61,672 nucleotides of DNA, filler included, from Choristocarpus tenellus KU-1152 (GCA_964200185.2; 9 parts of 9 records of this genome joined end to end with filler, not necessarily neighbours in it); one strand, 5' to 3'; numbered from the whole stretch's first letter, positions 40,091 through 53,290 are shown. The notes: a model not told the origin generated them from the sequence alone. Made by a program: numbers and translations.

Positions 40091-42397
40091 ACCTGCCTGC
40101 AGACACCGCCCAGATATCTCATGATTGGCGAGCGCTGCCATACTACTTGTCCTCCAGCAATCGTACATGCGCATGCATGAGTAGTGTCCATTCCTTATCA
40201 CCTATATCCGGCTACCATGCACTAACGGAATAGGGGCTCCCCCACCCCTTTGGACCGGCTCACCGTGAGGCAAAATTACGGGGAATGGAATGTTTCTACT
40301 TTGCTAGCTCAAGGAAGGGTTGGGTTGTTGCCGAGGGTTTATCCCCCTTCCTGCTCTAACTCATGTACTAATCTAAAGCCGATGTAGCAGACCAGTCCAG
40401 GTCCGGGGCTTGTAGGAAGGTTTGCCAGCTGGGAGCAGGAGGAATTGAGGCAGACTCTTGTGGCTCAGCGGTGAAGGCAGTGATGACCTGCACGGTATTG
40501 GCGGGTTCAAGCTGTTCAACGACTTATTTTCAAAAAAATCTCGTTTCCATTATGACAATTCCATGTGGTAAGAACAACGGATTGCACAACCTGTACTATT
40601 CTTTCTGTGCTATACCACAAAATCGCCGGACCAACATCAAGGTGGAAAGACTTTAGGGCGAGTCAAGGTGAAGATTCAAGGGTGGAGATGGAGGGATGAC
40701 CGGTGGTAGTACTGACCCCAATGCACGAGAAGCAAGGCAGGAATGGAAACCGCACAATTTGTTGTAGTGAAACACCTGGTCAGTAGATATCATGAGAAGT
40801 AGTGCAGCGTGTGTAGTGCCTTTGACCATGGGTCAGCATTATCTCCGACTAACATGCAACCAATAATAATTATACATAGTAAAGTCTACCCAGCCTGGCC
40901 AATGATGGCAGTCAGACCCTCGGCAAACTCTGCTGTTGATAGGATTGGCGATTAGATTGAAGCACGCCAAATCATATCATTGTCACCATTCTGAACAGCA
41001 GTGATGATGTGTAGATTATATGGTGTAAAATACACTACCAACCGTGACAATATGTACTCTCCCTAAATGTTATCATCCCACAAAATGAATCAGTGTGGGA
41101 AGTGGTCGCCATCGAGTTCCTCAGGAAGATTATGCCCTGTTTGATGCTTGTCAATGCCAACAATCGATCAAGCACAACCCCTGCGCAGGCGGAATTGGAG
41201 AGGCATTCCACATGACAGTTGATGCAATATGATAGGCTGACTTGAGGACTAACATTTCTTGAGCACTTAGAGACGAACACGACTTGCTATGATGTATTGA
41301 CACCTATGTCAACACTACGACTTCAATCTTCAGTAATTTAAGGTACCTTCTTTTAGTGAGTGTACCACACCATCACGGTTACTAATAAGGAATCTAAAAT
41401 ATGCTTATCAGATGCAATGTCGTGAGCATCACAGTCCGTCACATTCACAAAAATGTGGTTTGCAGTTTTTGTAGTGTCTTGGAGTACCTAGAAAATTGGG
41501 AACCAAAAAGAGGTTGTTGAACCTATCCGACAATCCCGTGTTCTTGGCAGGGTTATGCCCACCGCTATTTTGTAGGTTTTGTGGTATTTCTAAGAAAAAG
41601 AACAAATGTAGAGTAAGAGAAATGACAGACAGAAAGGAACTAGACCCCCTGGGACGAGCTGGACCCCTCAGGAGTTGCGCATTGGACAGGGGAGGAGTGG
41701 AGAGAGTGCAGCAAGACTCCTTGCGTCATTCCACACAAGAGAGATTGTATTGAAGTCAAGGTGTTGCGTTACAATTTCATACACATAAATAATATGCTTA
41801 TGCTATATTGAACTTCAATGTCGAACAACTCACAAGAAAAAGAGAAATAATAGCTCTACAGACCCAGTGCCAACTAATACAGACAGACAAATTGGTGGAC
41901 AGCATTTGCTTGGTCTTTCACGGTGTGTACGGGAGAGGTAGGAAATCAGCTGTATATGGCTCAAGCTTCAAATTAATTGCAAAGTGAGAAAGAAAACAGG
42001 TAACCCTTTTGTACTGGACACGAAAGGATGAGAGCAGGTACTAGCAACTTACAGAGACAGACAGATGAATGGACGGACAGGAACTACTTGATTTGATACG
42101 GTAGTATGGGAGACAATAGATACCTGTAACACACATATGGACGGACATAAAGATGAATAGACGGACTGGAACTACTTGGTCTCACAAGGTACGTACATGA
42201 GCGGGGCCTAGGAGATTGGTAAGGACCCCTTTGGGGAATAATAGGAATCAACTTGATACAATTTGCCAAAACAACTCCACAAAAATATAGAACTGGTGCT
42301 GGCACGTACAGACAGACGCATGGATGGACAAGAATTACAGCTGCTTTGTCATCTCTCACATGTGTACGTTGTAAGACCAAGGATTCGTGTGCATTCA

Positions 42398-42656
42398 GAG
42401 CTAAAGTATCTTAGATCGTAGAGCCACGTCGTCCATTTGGGGGCCATAATCCAATTTTCCATTTTGATCTAATTTTGGCTATCGCGTTTGATAGGAAGTG
42501 TCAACGTCCTTGTTCCGGACACCCCTTTCATAACATACACACTTTCCTACTCTGAAATATTTAGGAGTAGGAAAATGTCATAAAAACCACCATGGGAAAT
42601 CAAGCCCCAAATGAACAAACAGGGCAAAACTCATACCCTCTAAGATACTTTCACTC
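42398..42656 (+). mobile_element. MITE family A, intact, TSD TTCA
   Basis: Same TIRs and internal sequence; TTCA duplicated. Confidence 0.9.
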
Positions 42657-43376
42657 TTCATCCATCTGTCTGCAATGACCTTTCAGTATCAGCTCCATAG
42701 AGCTGTATTTCGTCTTTGCGAGTTGTTGTTTGAAGTTTGAAGTCCTATTGTTGTTAATGGTATAGTTCATCTGTCGGTTAAATATCAACACAATACCTTC
42801 GGCTCAACATAAGCTCCCTTCCACACAAAAACGTGAGAAGGCACACTGTACTCTCTCCTCTCTTCCCCTCTGCGACACACAACCCCACAGGAGGAGTCCA
42901 GCCCCTCCCAGATGGCCTGTTCCTTTTTGGACAAGTATACGCGAGTGCACAGGCGAACATGCACATGAGGGGCGAGAGCTGGTAGTGGAAAGGTACAGAG
43001 ACAGGCAGATGTTGGGACTGACAGGAATGTCTTGGTTTTGTATGATATTTACACGAGAGGGCTGACACTGGTAATGCACAGACAGAACAGACATACCGAC
43101 AGATACAGACCAATGAACGGACAGGAATTTCTTGGTTTTACACGGTACATATGTGTGGGAGGGGTTGAAAAGGTTGTGTAAGGATCCTTAAAGCAATTGA
43201 CAACAATAGATAAGGGTCTGTAGAAAGTATGTGTGAGGGTATAACCTAGATACTCAGAAGATCATAATATGTATATAATGTGCCCCTTTTCTTGAGCCAA
43301 TTGTGGTCCTTGGTGCTGGACCTGATCTTTGCATTGTGGTTTTCATTGCGCTTATTGTTTTGTATCTCTGTCTGTT

Positions 43377-43630
43377 GAGTGAAAGTATCTTAGAGGGTAC
43401 GAGTCTTACCCTGTTTGTCCGTTTGGGGCTTGGCTTCCCACGGGATCTTTTATGACATTTTCCTACTCAGAAATGTTTCAGAGTAGGTAAAATGTATACG
43501 TTATGAAAAGGAGTGCCTGGAACATAATGACACTTCCGAATAAACACATAGCCAAAATTACATCAGAATCGCAACGTTGGGTTTTGGCCCCCAAATGGAA
43601 GCTGTTTTACCCTCTAAGATACTTCGACTC
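43377..43630 (-). mobile_element. MITE family A, intact, TSD TGTT
   Basis: Reverse-orientation copy; TGTT duplicated. Confidence 0.9.
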
Positions 43631-43690
43631 TGTTGTCTGGACAGATCTATCTACCATTTTTTGTTTCTTAGATACGTGATAACCACCTTC

Positions 43691-43870
43691 GCCTCAAAGT
43701 ATCTGGGGAAGGGGTGGCAGCTGTCCATTCGGGGCCCAAATTTCCAAGTGGCGATTTTTGGATAATTTGGTTGCATGCGTCGGATGGATAACATAATTAC
43801 ACTTCTCCTGGTCAGGTCCAGAATGGACACCCTGCTGTAGGTCCCCTCACCCCCACAGAATATTTGAGCC
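43691..43870 (+). mobile_element. MITE family B (~180 bp), probable 3-bp TSD TTC
   Basis: GCCTCAAAGTATCTGGGG...CCCCCACAGAATATTTGAGCC; homologous copies at 58698 and 61444. Confidence 0.75.
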
Positions 43871-45420
43871 TTCCTGCCAAGTTATACCTTTAAAGTATCC
43901 TTGCTTTAGAAGGTATTACACCTCAGAGTTCTGTTTCCCCATACGACTTTATAGCATTGCTTCATGATGATACGAATATTGGGTTTTTGAATGGACCATA
44001 CAAATCTCCCTCATTTACCTACCTTCCCACTTCTTTCCCGATTGACCTCCTGAGGCTGATTCACCCTCTTGCCTTGTCTCTCTTCCTTGCATTCCTTCCG
44101 TGAGTCTTCCCGGTCCCCTCCAGTCTGAAGAACTTGTTTGTTGGTTTCCACCTGTTTCACATCGTCTTATTATATCTTTTGTATTCCCTCACTGACCACA
44201 AGTTGGAGTATGGTGAAGATACCTTCCTCTTACATACTACGTTTCAATTGTTTTTTCTTTCTTTGGAGTATCACTTTCAACAAAAGTATATCATAATACT
44301 TCATTCATGCATCGAAACTATCAATAGATCTATCAATGAACCAATGAACCAATCGATCAATCAAACCATCAAGGCATCAACCCATCCATATATGGATCCA
44401 TCCATGGATCAGAATGCGCAAGGTACAAACAAGTGACATTTAAAAATATTATCGAAAGGTTTGTAGGAAGTTTGAATACTCCTTCAGAAACATCTACTAC
44501 AACATCCATCTAATGTGAAACCCATCCACCCAAACAGGAACCTGTTGAAGTATTCCAAACTGGACCTGCGGCCAAGATGATCAATCGTATGCCTTGGTAG
44601 AGGACAACAAGTAGCTTGGTGTGAATAAATAGTGTTAGCATTACAGGGGGCTGGTGGCCTCAATCCCACTCACTGAACTTGTGGGGCGAGACAGGTGCAG
44701 ACTACCATGTGGGATTTGTAGCGTACACACCCAGGATCACATGTATCATATATGATACATGAACGGATAATCTAATATCAGGCCCCTACAATACATGAAT
44801 GCAGGTTAGAGCTCAACTGAAATATATGGAAACACTTATCTGGCTCTACCTTTCCTAATCTACTCCACTGGTGGCGCCTACAGCATACCAGCAGCACTAT
44901 CCATGAACACTCTCCCTTTCTGCGCAGACACTCTACACCCTCAGAAGATTCTTGTCTAAGATAAAAGAAAAAGTAGAAAACATTCTAGGGTTCTTTCTCC
45001 TGTAGGTCCTTGGGAATACATGTTGCTTCTCCTACAATCAACAAAATCTCCTAAGTACATCACTACATGAAAATCACTAGAAAACAATAGTTACCACCAA
45101 TGTTGGTGTTGGGTCATTGAAATTAGTCACTCATGTCCTATTGCAGCCTCGTGTGGAAACATTCTCGGGTACTTTCTCCTGCGTGTCCTTGGCAATACCA
45201 TGTTGTGTCTCCTGCAATCCAAGAAATATCCCTAGTGCAACGCCTATAGTGAATCTTTGGGAAAGAGTAGCACTAATGAATTGACTCCCCCACAACTGAC
45301 ATACCATACACTTAAAACTCTCCCTGGCTTCAATAGCTCTTCTATCAAAAGCCAGTCTGCACACTACATCACAGCTGCCACTTGACTACTGTGGTTACAC
45401 ACTGAAATACACAAGACATA

Positions 45421-45487
45421 TAGGGTGTTAAAGTATCCCCAAAATCATCAAAGAACATAAAGGTGATAAACCTGGCGAGATTGCTTG
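45421..45487 (+). repeat. Dispersed repeat end, inverted copy at ~60253-60318
   Basis: GGTGTTAAAGTATCCCCAAAATCATCAAAG...GGTGATAAACCTGGCGAGATTGCTTG matches the reverse complement at 60253. Confidence 0.75.
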
Positions 45488-46571
45488 NNNNNNNNNNNNN
45501 NNNNNNNNNNNNNNNNNNNNNNNNNNNNNNNTTAATTAATTAANNNNNNNNNNNNNNNNNNNNNNNNNNNNNNNNNNNNNNNNNNNNTCTTGCGTGATCG
45601 GTGAGTCCTTTCTGCGAAATCCGATGCAGCACACTGCGATGTTGAGACCGCACCACCTTCATATATATAGTGTACCTGATCAAGTGTTCATCCCAATCAT
45701 GAAACATACAGGTTTGTTACGGTGTTGAACGTTTGAGTAGTTGAATAAAAATATTGATGTTGTAGGGTGATGATGGTTTGTTTACCTGTCACCTGTATTG
45801 ATGGATCACAGAGACCATTGAGGTACCCTTGTGTATGTCGTTGAGATCCCTTATATGTGTTGTTGAGACTCTTCGGTGTGATATTGAGATATTTTGTATA
45901 CGTTGAAGGAATGTTGCCGATATGAACATCCGTTCCACAAACTACCCGAAATATTTAGGATGATTTTACGATACGATTATGTTTATTCGTTAAATGAGTA
46001 TTAAAATATCGTACATCATTTCACACTGATTCCCCGAACTGCGACGCCTCCAACATCACCACCAACACCCAGTAACGGGAACAGTACTCCTACGCTACTT
46101 ACTTTGGTATACAGAACCACACCTTTTTCTTACACAGACGTAGAAATCACAAGGCAGGCAAAGAAACGAGCGATAACAAAGTAGGGAGAGGGACGAGAAT
46201 TGTTCGGAAGAAGTGGTAACAATTCCCTTTTGCCGACTAGGTAAGATGTGGGATGTGCAAACTCAAGAGGTTGAGTTCACCAAGCCAGCAATAGGTTGAC
46301 CCCAATCGTAATCGGGAACCCAATAAAATAGCGTGTATTTCTCAACTACGTGGTCTCCGTGGGAAAATATCATCAGCTATTGCTGCAGTAAATGTGTGCT
46401 TCCGTACATGGAGGGCGAGAGAAGATGGTGATTGGAGCAAGATAGGGAAACTCAATCGTTCTCGTTCAAGAGTGTAACAAAATAAACTTGTGTGCCCCCC
46501 CCCTCCCCCTACCTATGCCTGACATTGAAACCCTTAGGTTCAGGGTTTTAAGCAAGGTACTGCTTGAAAAT

Positions 46572-48082
46572 ATGGAAGACACAAAGGCTCAAGGCCCAAG
46601 AAAGTGGTTCAACCTGGGCGACAGCGGAGGCGGGAATGGGACCACCACCACTCGCGGACCAGGCATCAGCCTCCCTAACATCAATATCCCCGGATTTAGG
46701 CGTGAGGTGAATGTTTCTTGTATGTCTTTTGCTCGCACTCATCTGTAATTCGGGTTGTAACAGCGCAGGTCTACATCTTGTCGGTTCTGTCCTCCTCCAT
46801 AAACCTGCTCGTGCACCTGTGGGTTACTTTTTGCACCGTCGACGAGTTGCAAAGGTTTGCACACCCCAACTTAATATAACCTTTCTCTTATGTGCATCCT
46901 AAGTTCTTGGTTATCCCTCCAAGGTCATTTTGTTGTCACAAAACTTGTGTGACCTCGCTTCTCTTCAAATGTGATACTGTGTTCCTTTGTTGAATAGATT
47001 CGGTTATGAAAGGCTCGTCAGACTTGAAATAATCCTTGTCACCCCCACTAACACATCCTATTGAGAAGGATTTATGTGCTAAAGCTTGATCTCTAATCCT
47101 ACCTCTGGGAAATCTGTCACAGTGTACCTGAGACAACCCCCACGCTTCTTCACAGTGAAGTTCGCGGTAACATTCACCACGATTATATAGAACGTTTGGA
47201 GGTATTCTGCTCAAATCAGATGCCCTCTACAAGAACATTCCAGCGTTTTGTTGTCTGTCCCAAGGAGGACAGATTGTTTATCCTGTAGAGTCGGTAGTGT
47301 GGATGAATATCACCGCACCATTGATCACAATCCAGGCACCACATACTCCTTCTATTGTACAGCACTAATTTGTTAGTGTATACGTTTTCTGTACCATTAT
47401 TAATCTGCAGAATCAGTTGCTAATCAGACTGCTATGGGACTGCCAAGGTGTATCGCTGTATAAAGTTACTGCCTTGGTCACATCTATTTGCCAATCAGGG
47501 TTGATCAGGAATGTACCACGTTTTGTATGACTCTAGTTTGACGCGTGCTTGGAATTGCAGCAGCGTATGACAAAAAATATATATTTTATTTGTAGAAGTA
47601 TTGAGTGAATCATCCTGGGGTGCATGTCACCTCCCCAAAACCACTGCTAATATTGTGCAATGGGCCTGTTTCTCAGCTGCCTTCAGAACTAGTTTTAGCC
47701 TCACAGTTTTTTTTTCTCTGTTTCCTTTGACTTTGGGCATTCCACATCACTCAAGGAGGTCCAACAGTCGATGAATGATCCCTTTTTTCAAGGCTTGTAC
47801 GATTATGGCTTGTCAACCCTCTCTCCATGAATTAATTGCCTTTCCGAACAGCAATCTCTTTCACAATCCCACCCCCCGTTCTCAGGAACCCACCCTTGCA
47901 GATGAGATGTGTGATATGTGCCCAAAACTATCATACACACAGAGGGTTTGGGGATTTGGCTTTTGCTTACTTCTGGGCTACGTCCTCTCCTTCCTGAGCA
48001 CTTTCACACTTATTGGTGGAGACCTCAGATCGTTTGCTGTGATATATGTGCTTGGCTCGATCATTGCCATTGCTGCCACAGG
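46572..48082 (+). CDS. SFT2: SFT2/Got1-family vesicle transport protein, 3'-truncated; exons 46572-46706, 47886-48082
   Basis: CPKLSYTQRVWGFGFCLLLG...FAVIYVLGSIIAIAATG is the SFT2D1/2-type signature. The exons join through a phase-0 GT-AG intron. Confidence 0.88.
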
Positions 48083-49639
48083 GTGAGAATGTAACAGAGT
48101 CAAACCTTAACCCTAACCCAATATATCTAGAGAGTTCACACGTATTCACCGCAGCTGGAAGGTATGGTGGGCGCACTATGTTAAAACATAGGCTACTCGT
48201 CTGTTTGTTCCTTGATACGATACAGTTCCACCAGTCAACGCTGACTGTTGATTGGTCTGTTACNNNNNNNNNNNNNNNNNNNNNNNNNNNNNNNNNNNNN
48301 NNNNNNNTTAATTAATTAANNNNNNNNNNNNNNNNNNNNNNNNNNNNNNNNNNNNNNNNNNNNTTGTTCCATTACTCCATACATATTTTACCGTAATTGT
48401 CCGATAGAGTTAGAAGAGTCTAATCGAACAGGTGCCAATTAAATGCCTACTTGCTGGACTACTCAATTGGTTGCGAGGTCTAGGACTTGAAATTGTGCCA
48501 AGGGGTTGCTCGTTTGACATCTCAAACATGATGCACTGTTAGCCACGACTCACAAGCTTGTGCGTGTGGTTGGACTTGTAGTATCTAGCACTGCCGAAGG
48601 TCAGCACGCCCATCAGAGACCCAACCTCTCCATATAGTGCGTGATAACGCCAAAACCTCTTGTTGGCGGCAGTGGTACTTCTGTTGAGAATGAATGCTAA
48701 ATTGCGATTGCCTCTCCTCATGACTACATTTTCTCACCCAACCCCGCAGAGTAGATGCTGGCCCTTAGGCTGGCTTCAACTGGAGCGATGCAACGTTTGG
48801 CCATGCCATTGTACTGAGGTTCTCCTGTTTTGTCATTTTCTGCACTGCACCCATCTCCACCACCAAAGTTTGAAACTCCTCACTTTGCCATCGCCCTCAG
48901 GATCATGTCGGATATATGGAACGCATTGCCCACTGGGGATGACTTTGATCATATACTACCTCTGGGCCATAAGTTTGTGCCGTGAAACATTTGTGCTCGC
49001 TGAGCGAGAACGGCGCCGAATCGGGCGATAACCCCACAGAATGAAATCGGTTGGCAATATCAGCTTTCAGAAAAGGTGGGGGTAGAGGATCATCCGGTAC
49101 AAACTCGAGGTGCTTCAAGCCGTCAAAGTAGGGGCATTTTGGGGTGACTTTGAGATCAGAACTGGGCATGTCGTTGGTCAGAACTTCAGCATGCCCACCC
49201 GTGTAGGAAGGGTACCCTGTTCGTAGATAGTGCTGCTGATACACTATAGACACCATCGGTGCAGTAGATTAGGAAAGATAAACACCACCAGTGGAGTAAT
49301 GGAGTAATGGAGGAAAAATAATGACAGATATATGTTTCGGTGTATCCTAGTTGAAGTCTGCACAAATCATATATGATGCAGTGATTGTATTATTTTCTTA
49401 TTATAATATTATTTTCTGATTATCCATGTGGACGTTGCAAACCCCTCATGGCAATCAACGCTGGTCTTATCCACGTTCTCGGTCAGTGGAATCGAGACCA
49501 CAAAGGCCCTTGTAATACTAACTTTGTTCATCTATATCAAGCTGTTCTTTGTCCTTCATTAAAGCACCATAAAAGCCGCGGGTCCAGTGTGGGATAATTC
49601 AACATACCCAAGTGTACCTAAATACCAGGGTTGAACTTA

Positions 49640-50562
49640 CAGTGCGGCATGCCCTCACGATGGTCCCTGATCAGCACAAACTGCAGTGACACATCGGGTT
49701 GGCCCTCACAGCGGAGTTTGGAGTATCTGAGCGTTACATGCGAGGGCTCTGGGAGGATGTCGCCGATCAGCTCACCCGTGGCCACACGCTTGACCTAGGG
49801 GTGGCAGCACGTAGTGGGCGGACTTCGAACCTCACACCGACCAAGATGGTCGCAATACATAGTATCAATTCCGATAATCGGTCATCCACAGTGCATCAGG
49901 TGACAATGAAGATGGCCGCCAAGGGGCTGAATTATAGCACAAGCACCATGAACAGGTGGTTGGATGATATGGGAGCCATGTCAAATCGCTGCTGGGTCAA
50001 AGAGTGAAATTATCTTGGAGGGTACGAGTTTTTCCCTGTTTGTCCATTTGAGGCTTGACTTCCCAAGGTTTATAAATGACATCTTACATACTCCAAATGT
50101 TTTGGAGTAGATAAAATTATACGTTATGAAAAGGCATGTTGGTCTTGATTGCAGGCAGTAACTCCTCCGTGTACAACGTTCCGTACCACAAATCGTCTAA
50201 AGTACAGTCCTGCTCATATACATCTCCCTTTTTATGGTTCTTGCTTGTCCTGCCTGCCGTTTTTGGCGCACACACATGCCCAACACCAAGCTTTCCATCA
50301 AAGCTGTGAGTCGAATCTGGTCGGACGTTGGCTGCAATGGTCATGGTTTTGGGGATATGACTCTTGTGCTTCACACTAGGGGACCCTGGAAGGTCGCTAT
50401 CACCCTCATGCGGAAATACCCTAACCCTTTCCCCATTAGCCATCACGTAAAACGAGGTTTCATCCACATGGATCGTGTTTGCCATGGAGGCGCACACACC
50501 ACGTTTCAGGTCCACTTGATCGCAAACAATGTCCATTCTCCATAGGTTTTGCCACAATTTAT
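49640..50562. pseudogene. Mariner-like (plant/DD39D-type) transposase, broken: HTH part 49640-50001 (+), catalytic part 50135-50562 (-)
   Basis: IHVDETSFY, KHKSHIPKTM..AANVRP, FDGKLG, AGRTSKNHKKG and LLPAIK..MP match the mariner motifs HIDEKWFY, KVMFLAAVARP, FDGKIG, AKRSSKNR.KG and IPAIK.KWP. Confidence 0.85.
50002..50134 (-). mobile_element. MITE family A half copy (other half at 50563-50686 in opposite orientation)
   Basis: Runs from the TIR GAGTGAAA to ...TTATGAAAAGG, then breaks. Confidence 0.8.
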
Positions 50563-50944
50563 AAAGTATCTTACAGGGTAGAGCCGCGTCCATTTAGGGA
50601 CCAAAATCCAATGTTGCAATTTTGATGTAATTTTGGCTAACATGTTTGTTAGGAGATGTCAATATCTTGTGCCGGACACACCTTTTGAGCCAAAGTATCT
50701 TACAGGGTAGAGCCGCGTCCGTTTGGGGGCCAAAATGCAAAGTTGAGATTTTGATGTAATTTGGCTATGGTGTTTGTTAGGAAGTGTCAAAATCCTTGTT
50801 CCAGACACACTTTTTCATGATGATGAGTATATTTTTTCTCCTCCGCAACATTTCAGAGTAGGAAAATGTCGTTAAAAACCTGGGAAGCCAAGCCCCAAAC
50901 GGACAAACTGGGCAAAACTCGTACCATCTAAGGTACTTTCGCTC
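50563..50944 (+). mobile_element. MITE family A: half copy 50563-50686 abutting a full copy 50687-50944
   Basis: Two successive AAAGTATCTTACAGGGTAGAGCCGCGTCC starts. The full copy has no perfect TSD (TTTT/TATT). Confidence 0.85.
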
Positions 50945-52800
50945 TATTCCCGGGCCAGAGGTATCAGGTGGTCTTTCACAAACATCTCCATAGTGTTCTG
51001 AACAAACTCCTTGTCCTGGTTTTGGTCCTCACTACACACCGTAAAGCTGTGAGCCCACACCCTTCCCTTTCCAAGATTTCCCTCTTTCCTGAGATCCCTC
51101 AACCACCAAACTATGGTCAGAAGCACTGTGAGGAATAGATTGAAGAAATCTTGTTGTGTCAAGTCTTGTTGGTTGTGTCGCTGTTGGGCACTGAAGTCCA
51201 TGGTGGTGTTGTGGTGAAGGAAGAAATTCTTCTCAAAGTTTGCAAAGAGGGCCTTGACGAGTGTAGGGAATCCCTCCGTCCGTGGGAACAGCACCTGAAT
51301 TATAGGGGGCAAGTGGTCGCGTTTTGAGCGTTACGAGCCAAAGTATCTTAGAGGGTAGTGCCGCGTCCATTTGAGGGCCAAAAATCCAATGTTGCGATTT
51401 TGATGACATTTTGGCTATCGTGTTTGTTAAGGAGGTGTCAAATCCTTGTTCCGGACACACCTTTCCATAACATACACATTTCACCTACTCCGAAATATTT
51501 TGGAGTAGGAAAATGTCAGAAAAAAAACATTGGAAGCCAAGCCCCAAATGGACAAACAGGTCAAAAATCATACCCTCAAAGATCCTTTCACTCTTACAGT
51601 TAGTGACAAGCCGTAATGATGCAGATGTTGTTGTGGTATAGCTGTGTGTATACTGATATGGGGTGGGATTATCTACCAATTGTTGGATGAATACATCATG
51701 ACCTATTCGATTTACACCATCCTTTCGCCCAAACAAGACGCTCGCTCACTTTTCGCCTCCTGTTATGCTTATCCACTGACTCTGTGACGTCTTCGTCATC
51801 ATTCTCCTCGGTTCTGTTCCTTCTGGAGTCAGAGGCAGACTCTCCCGGCATGCACTTGGCGAGGATGAAATCCTCGGTCATGAGATTATCCACCCTCAGC
51901 TCTGCATATTTTGCGTGGAACCGTATAGGTGTAGTATCTCAACTTACTGTTGGTAGTGAGTGTGATTGCATAAGTCATACGTTGATCTCAGGGGAGGGTC
52001 TTTCGTTGCAGGTCCGCTTCCACCCCACCTGTGTGTACGTGTGGACAAACTCATTCCATGTGACACGGGTGCTGTATGAGTCCAGGATACAAGGGCAGTT
52101 CCAGATTTGATGAGATTTACAGTGACACGTCTCTCACATTTGTTGTCGACACAAGAGCTTTTGTAACTGCCCAAGGAACCGCTAGAGGACCGTTCACTGA
52201 GGGGCTCCAGCGCAGTCCTCTTGCATCCATTGTGTTTCGGTTGGTCAAAGTGGTGGTTTTTGTGTCAGTGTACAGGTCTGTATTTGAGATCACATATCAC
52301 TGGTGAACGCTGCCATAGCTGGTAGATGTGTACAGGACAGGGTGAAGACAGTTCAAGAGCGGGTATGTAGTGTGCGTGTCTACAGTGGGTGAATTATTTG
52401 TTTGTCACTGCAGCTCGTCATGCTGGCACATTATCTACGATTTGGGTGTGATCTCGGACCATGACTTACAGGAAGAAGGCTATCATATCAGCAGCACTTT
52501 GGAGTGCGGCCTTTATTTTTCGGAGCCACATCCTTTGCCCTTGTCGCAGAAGTTGCATGTGCATGCGCAAGTTCGTTGTCAATCATCGCCAATGATATTC
52601 CCCGCATGTGCTTTGTTCCAGTTCTCTCTTAGGCACTGAACCTGAAGGTAGGTGGTCATGCGGTGAATGCAAACGCATGACCTGTATCGTGTGGAGGAGA
52701 GGAGGAAGGGAGATGGTGGACCTTGGCACATTTTGTATGTGGTGACGGATGAGTCGGTATGTGAGTGGACAGCCCATGGCGATACGGAACCCATGGACTC
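50945..52800 (-). pseudogene. Decayed Sola2-like DNA transposase
   Basis: Ordered motifs across stops and frameshifts: R.SCVCIH, a Cys-rich block, CP....RVTWNEF, then MDFSAQ..Q..Q.FF and SFTVCSEDQNQDKEFV. These resemble the Sola2 motifs CxCxxH, DFSENY..Q.EIQS and SDDxxHD. Recognised by eye. Confidence 0.6.
51335..51593 (+). mobile_element. MITE family A, intact, TSD TTAC, inserted in Sola2-like transposase remnant
   Basis: TIRs present; TTAC duplicated. Confidence 0.9.
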
Positions 52801-53032
52801 CTATTGGGACAATGCACGCCACGTCTAATACCCTTGGTCTACTTTTTTTGCTTAGGTAACAGGGGAACGTGTGGAACAGGCGTTAGTTACACAACACGAA
52901 ATGAAGGATCATCGTAGCATGTTTTTGGTCATTTTTTTATGAGTGAATTTTCGGCGAGCGTACAGGGGATGTGTTCGCTCTGGTGCTGCATTATATGGTA
53001 CACACCGTTGATGGTTGGTGTCTAGGAACTTT

Positions 53033-53290
53033 GAGTCAATGTATCTTAGAGGGTAGAGTCGCGTCCATTTTGGGGCCACAACCCAATGTTGCGTTTTGAT
53101 TTAGCTTTTGCTATCGTGTTTGTTAGGAAGTGTCAATATTCTTGTTCCGAACACACCTTTTCATAAGGTATACATTTTACCTATTTTGAAACATTTTGGA
53201 GTAGAAAAATGTAATAAAAAACACCATGGGAAGCCAAGCCTCAAATGGACAAAAATGGCAAAACTCGTACCCTCTAAGATACTTTCACTC
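53033..53290 (+). mobile_element. MITE family A, full length, no TSD
   Basis: Both TIRs present; flanks CTTT and GGAC differ. Confidence 0.88.

Noticed and set aside
53108-53290. N-terminus of the 311-aa ORF, and other ORFs overlapping MITEs
   Set aside because: This is chance read-through of non-coding MITE sequence; real RT coding starts after 53290.
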